Shown here: positions 48,640 through 52,470 of the stretch, one piece after another | How the letters are laid out: every line of letters begins with the position of its first letter | How positions within the stretch are numbered: position 1 is the first letter of the stretch | NCBI GenBank assembly: GCA_002269645.1 | Contig: NIVC01004264.1 | Coordinates: 1 to 52,470 of the forward strand | Direction of reading: 5' to 3' | Length of the DNA stretch: 52,470 nt | DNA from: Macrostomum lignano | Lineage: Eukaryota | Translations under genes and position numbers: made by a program | The notes under the pieces: model-generated | The model's input: the letters and a program-made list of their open reading frames with translations, nothing else | Told to the model about the DNA's origin: nothing | Databases searched by the model: none

Positions 48640-50200
48640 ATGAGCTCAGACTGCGAGACAAACATGCGGGAGGCGGCATCAGCAAAAATCTGCATGCGAC
48701 CAGGAAGGCGAAAGGCCTCCAAACTGATGCTGTTCCTGACGCACAGCAGAGCCACAGTCTGGTACACCTGCAGGAACCGCGGGTCACGACAGCTCAGCGA
48801 TTGATCATGCCAGCCGCAGCGGTGCTGTCGGTGTAGATGACAATCTTGCAGTTCTATAGCTGAGAGCGACGGTGCAGGATAATCAGCAAAGGTGCCAGAG
48901 CCTCCTTGAAGTTGATATGAACATCCTTGAACACCCCACCGCAGTCGAGCTCCCAGTCGATGACACTCCAGAAACTCTCGGCACCCCAGATGACTGCGGC
49001 TGCGCCCGACCGGCTGCTGTCAGTCTCCATGGCAAACTCCTCATCAAAGCGCGGCCACAAAGACACCAGGGGGGGGTGGAGCCAAGCCAGGGCTCTGAGC
49101 CACCAGGACAGGTTGGCGCGGGTCTCATCGGTCACCCAAAGCTTGCAGTCAACAGCAGTTGTCAGCCAGTCGAAGAGCGGACGCAGGAAGACTCTGACAT
49201 GAGGGACAATCTGACAGAACCAGCTAAGCTTGGCAATCAGCTTCTGAGCAGAGCGCATGTGCACCCGAGTCTCCGAGCAGGTTTGAGTCAGCAGCTTTGT
49301 CGTCTCGAGAGCTTTCTCTTCGGGCAGCGACTTGGTGCCGGTAGCGGTGTTGATGCGCACGCCAAGGAAGTCGATGCATTGCGTAGGTCTGACAACCTTG
49401 TCCCAGTTGATGGTAAAGCCGAGGCGCTGCAAGATGTCCAGCAGGCAATCGAAAGCAGCGAAAGCCTCGGACTCAGATTTCCCAGCGACTGCCCAGTCAT
49501 CCAGGTAGTTCACCGTGGCAGAAAAGCCAAGCCGATGCATGTGCCGGGTAACGGCGGCTGAAAGACGGTGGAAAACTTCGCAAGCAGCTTTGGCGCCGAA
49601 GGGAAGCCTGGTGTCGCAGAGCAGACTGTCCTGGCTGTCTGAGTCAAACCGCCAGGCGAAGCCGACGAGCCGGTAGTCAGCAGGCCTGATTGGCACGGAC
49701 CTGTAGGCGCTTTTGAAATCAATTTTGGCCATGTAGTGTCCCGGACGGAGATGACGAACCAGCTGCTGGACAGTGCAGTACTTGATGTGCTTCTGTTGGT
49801 CGTAGAAGTCGTTGACAGACTGGCCGGTCGGATAGGACAGGTCATGGATCAGGCGGACCCGCCCGTCGGACTTGGGAAGGGCACCGATGGGATTGACTTT
49901 GATCGGGCCGCTCCACCGGATGTACCTCCCAAGGCGCAGCTCCTCCTCGACCTGGGCTTCCACAGCAGAGCGGTGTAGCAGGGCGGAGGCGTGGTTCTTG
50001 GACGAAGTCAAAGGTGGCTGGCCAGCATTGGTGAGAGCGAAACCGTTGACGACGCCTTGCATCAGAAGGTCGCGGTCTGGGTCGTCGCTGAGCAGAGCAC
50101 TCCAGGCGTCAGGTTGCAGGTCAGACGAGATGGGCAGCGAAAAAGTAAAAGCAGAAAAATCGGAATTAAAAGCAGAGCAGTCAGCTGGATAAAATGGCAT
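48640..50200 (-). pseudogene. Reverse transcriptase-RNase H; RNase H tail broken by a stop and a frameshift
   Basis: VRLIHDLS, KIDFKSAYRSVPI, LPFGAK, NYLDD, IDFLGV, METDSS, HINFKEALA, then L*NCKIVIYTDS and LPGRMQIFADAASR in a shifted frame. Confidence 0.9.
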
Positions 50201-51360
50201 CAGTTTTTTGCACTCGCACCGGTCACGTGACCCGGCAGCTGTCCGGTGAGTAGTGACTGCGGCGACTGCGTGTGAGCGTGAGCCGGGTGCGCTGCCAGGC
50301 AGCCTTGGATTTTGCAGACGTGGCGGAACCTGCAGTTCTGGCGGGTGCACCCGGACTCGGAGTTGAAGCGCAGACAGATCGGCCTGGTTGCTGCCGGGAT
50401 TTGCTGCTGGCTGGGCTGCTTAGCGAACGTGAACCGCAGGTTTCTGGGGGCGTTGAGGTGCTTGTGGTACAACTGAGGGGGCTCCTCACCCCACGCCATG
50501 CCCGACTCCGCCACCAGCCTCCAGTAGTCCTCGTCAAACTCCCAGATTACGGACTCCGGGTAGTCAGCAGCCAGCAGCTCGCCAATCTTGCGATTGTAGT
50601 CAAGGTAGCCAAGGACGTCAGTCAGGAGACCATCAGTGCTTCCAGCAGCCGCCGGAAGTTTTTCCTTGATCAGCTTTTACAAGATGATCGAGTTGGCCGC
50701 GATCCACTGACCAGCAGAGATACTAGACAGCTTCGGCTACTGCTTTCTGAATGAGAGCGAGCCATTCTCCATAGTGGCGACCAACTGCTCCTGACTGGCT
50801 GAGCCGGGTCCTCTGGCTAGCTTGATATGGTCTCTGACGAGATGCAACTTGCGATTCGGAGCCTGGCAATTAGCGGCCTGAAGCTGAGCCGCCTCCCTCA
50901 TCCCAGATTCAAAAACCTCGGGCAACTGCAGACTGGTATGTGCGTTTGGCTCACCTGATGATGATGTTGGCTGGGGCTGAGCCGTCAAGCGCTGCTGAGT
51001 GTGAAGCTGTTGCTGAAGATCACGACGACGGCCTTCCAGGACTTGCAGTTCGAGCAGCTCCACCTCCTGCCGCAGCGCAGCCAGCCGGTCGCTCCCCGCC
51101 CCCGGAGGCGCCTCGCCCGCGCAGCTGATGCCGACTTCGGCGTCCGGAGCAGAAGTCATCTCGGAGTTGTTGAAGTCTTCGTCAGCTTGCTCTAAACCGA
51201 GTGCAGTAGACAAGCGCTTGGCAAGCTGTTGTTTGCGACCCGTAGTAGGCAGGCCTCTGTTTCGCAGCTCAGCCTTGAGTTGGCGCACGTTTAGAGTCGC
51301 TTTGGGCTGGCACTCATGGCGGTGGCTGAGCAAAAAATTGAGAAATTGCGGCGGAGCCAA
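50200..51360 (-). pseudogene. Gag-like ORF1 with an N-terminal SAP-like motif and a C-terminal Cys/His finger; two in-frame stops
   Basis: LNVRQLKAELRNRGLPTTGRKQQLAKRL; ICLRFNSESGCTRQNCRFRHVCKIQGCLAAH. The frame stays continuous through TAG (~50737) and TAA (~50677). Confidence 0.78.
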
Positions 51361-51814
51361 GCCGGGCCGGGTGCAGAGGCTTTAAGCTGGCCGGCGCGGC
51401 CAACACCCCCACACCTCAACCCCTACCAAAGTACAGCCATATGTACAGCGGCACCCTCCGGCCTGTCTAACACCCCTTACTCAGAGAGTAACGATTGCAA
51501 TAAATCTTCGATGAATTTCCTTTTAAAAACCCTTATCTACTCGTACAAGTAGCTGCACCGAGAGGTTCTCCACATGACGACCTGCGACTTGAAGAAATTT
51601 ACAAAGCTCAAAAACGCAAACGTTATAGCAGCATTGGGTGCCTTATTAGATGGTGTTGGTTGTTATATTTGGTAAAACTGATCAGCGAATAAAGACTGAG
51701 TAGATTTCACGTCTATCATTTAGAATTGGGCGATTCTAAGTCAGAGTTCAAAGTCCGGTCAGCTGAGTTGTCTTAATCTTCGATGAAGCGACTTCGATGT
51801 GCGATGTGGCTCAT

Positions 51815-51997
51815 CTAACCATGAAAATGAACGTGGAAGCCCTTCTTCCTCAGCTTCGGGAACTGCTCCTCCGACAGCTTGGAATCGTCCGAGTCGGATG
51901 GATCCTCCTTCGACTCACTTTCGGCCTTGGCCTCCGAGGGCTGGGCGACGGCCAGGGCTGCGAATAGCAGAAGTCCGAGAACCAGTTGCCACTTCAT
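51815..51997 (-). CDS. Secreted micropeptide precursor, chimeric (type A spacer end FPKLRKK + type B peptide GFHVHFH-G)
   Basis: Intact ORF. Confidence 0.86.
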   Translation of the reverse strand: MKWQLVLGLLLFAALAVAQPSEAKAESESKEDPSDSDDSKLSEEQFPKLRKKGFHVHFHG

Positions 51998-52082
51998 GAT
52001 TGCTTACGTCGAGTCGATTCTTCGAGCTGTGTGTAGATTGAGTCGAGTCTGAGCTTGTTGCTTTGAGCAGTCGGCAACTACG

Positions 52083-52116
52083 AATTTATACGCATCAGAT
52101 CGGCACGTGTTTCCGG
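52083..52116 (-). promoter_or_regulatory. Family promoter module (E-box + TATA)
   Basis: Same block as 43741-43773. Confidence 0.7.
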
Positions 52117-52470
52117 TCCGTCTAGCGACGATGTTTGAGGTGAAGGCTTTGCGTGAGCATAGACAGGCGTTGCTTTACCCGAATATCATGTAGCGTTTGT
52201 TTGCTTGTTGACACCTGCGAGAAATCAAACAAGTACTGCTCAAGCGTTTTCTCAGTGCGAATGCATCTTACACACCGCTTCACACTGCAATGCACTGCCC
52301 GCACTCACGAGAATTTAATTTTTAATCCGTTGCACACTCAAATCAAATCAAATGCGATCACGAGTACTTATTTATTCACAGTTAAACCGCGGGGAAAGAA
52401 ACGAGGCAAGACAAGGGATGGCGCGAAACGGAACCTACTGCGGGTCGAAAAAAAAAATGGCAGCCGATGA

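Larger units (their letters stand above)
47440..51540 (-). mobile_element. Degraded tyrosine-recombinase retrotransposon (DIRS order, Ngaro-like): gag-like ORF1, RT/RNase H, YR
   Basis: ORF order and motifs listed in the next three features; termini approximate, terminal repeats not identified. Confidence 0.88.

Noticed and set aside
47440-51550. Split direct repeats or ITRs expected for a DIRS/Ngaro element
   Set aside because: Could not find matching terminal sequences by eye, so boundaries remain approximate

Overview
Eukaryotic (metazoan-type) genomic DNA with GT-AG introns and very dense mini/microsatellites; this style is reminiscent of a flatworm such as Macrostomum, but that is inference only. 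From left to right: (1) two tandem paralogous genes of unknown function (first one 5'-truncated, 1641-3096; second 8275-12156) with a small candidate minus-strand gene between them; (2) a 14-exon SEL1L3-like gene (13878-40651) that I rebuilt with consistent splice phases; (3) transposons: an intact RTE-type LINE with a 9-bp TSD, two truncated relatives, a degraded APE-RT LINE, a MITE with 159-bp TIRs and a degraded Ngaro/DIRS-type tyrosine-recombinase retroelement. The main signal is a dispersed family of eight intact 60-62 aa single-exon ORFs plus one relic. Five sit in SEL1L3 intron 2 and three lie downstream, in both orientations. Each has its own conserved E-box/TATA promoter and encodes signal peptide + acidic spacer + KK + a tiny His-rich, probably amidated peptide (GFHVHFH-G or FHLHLP-GK). 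I do not recognise this family; it looks like an expanding secreted metal-binding or defence micropeptide system. All analysis was by eye; no database searches were run.
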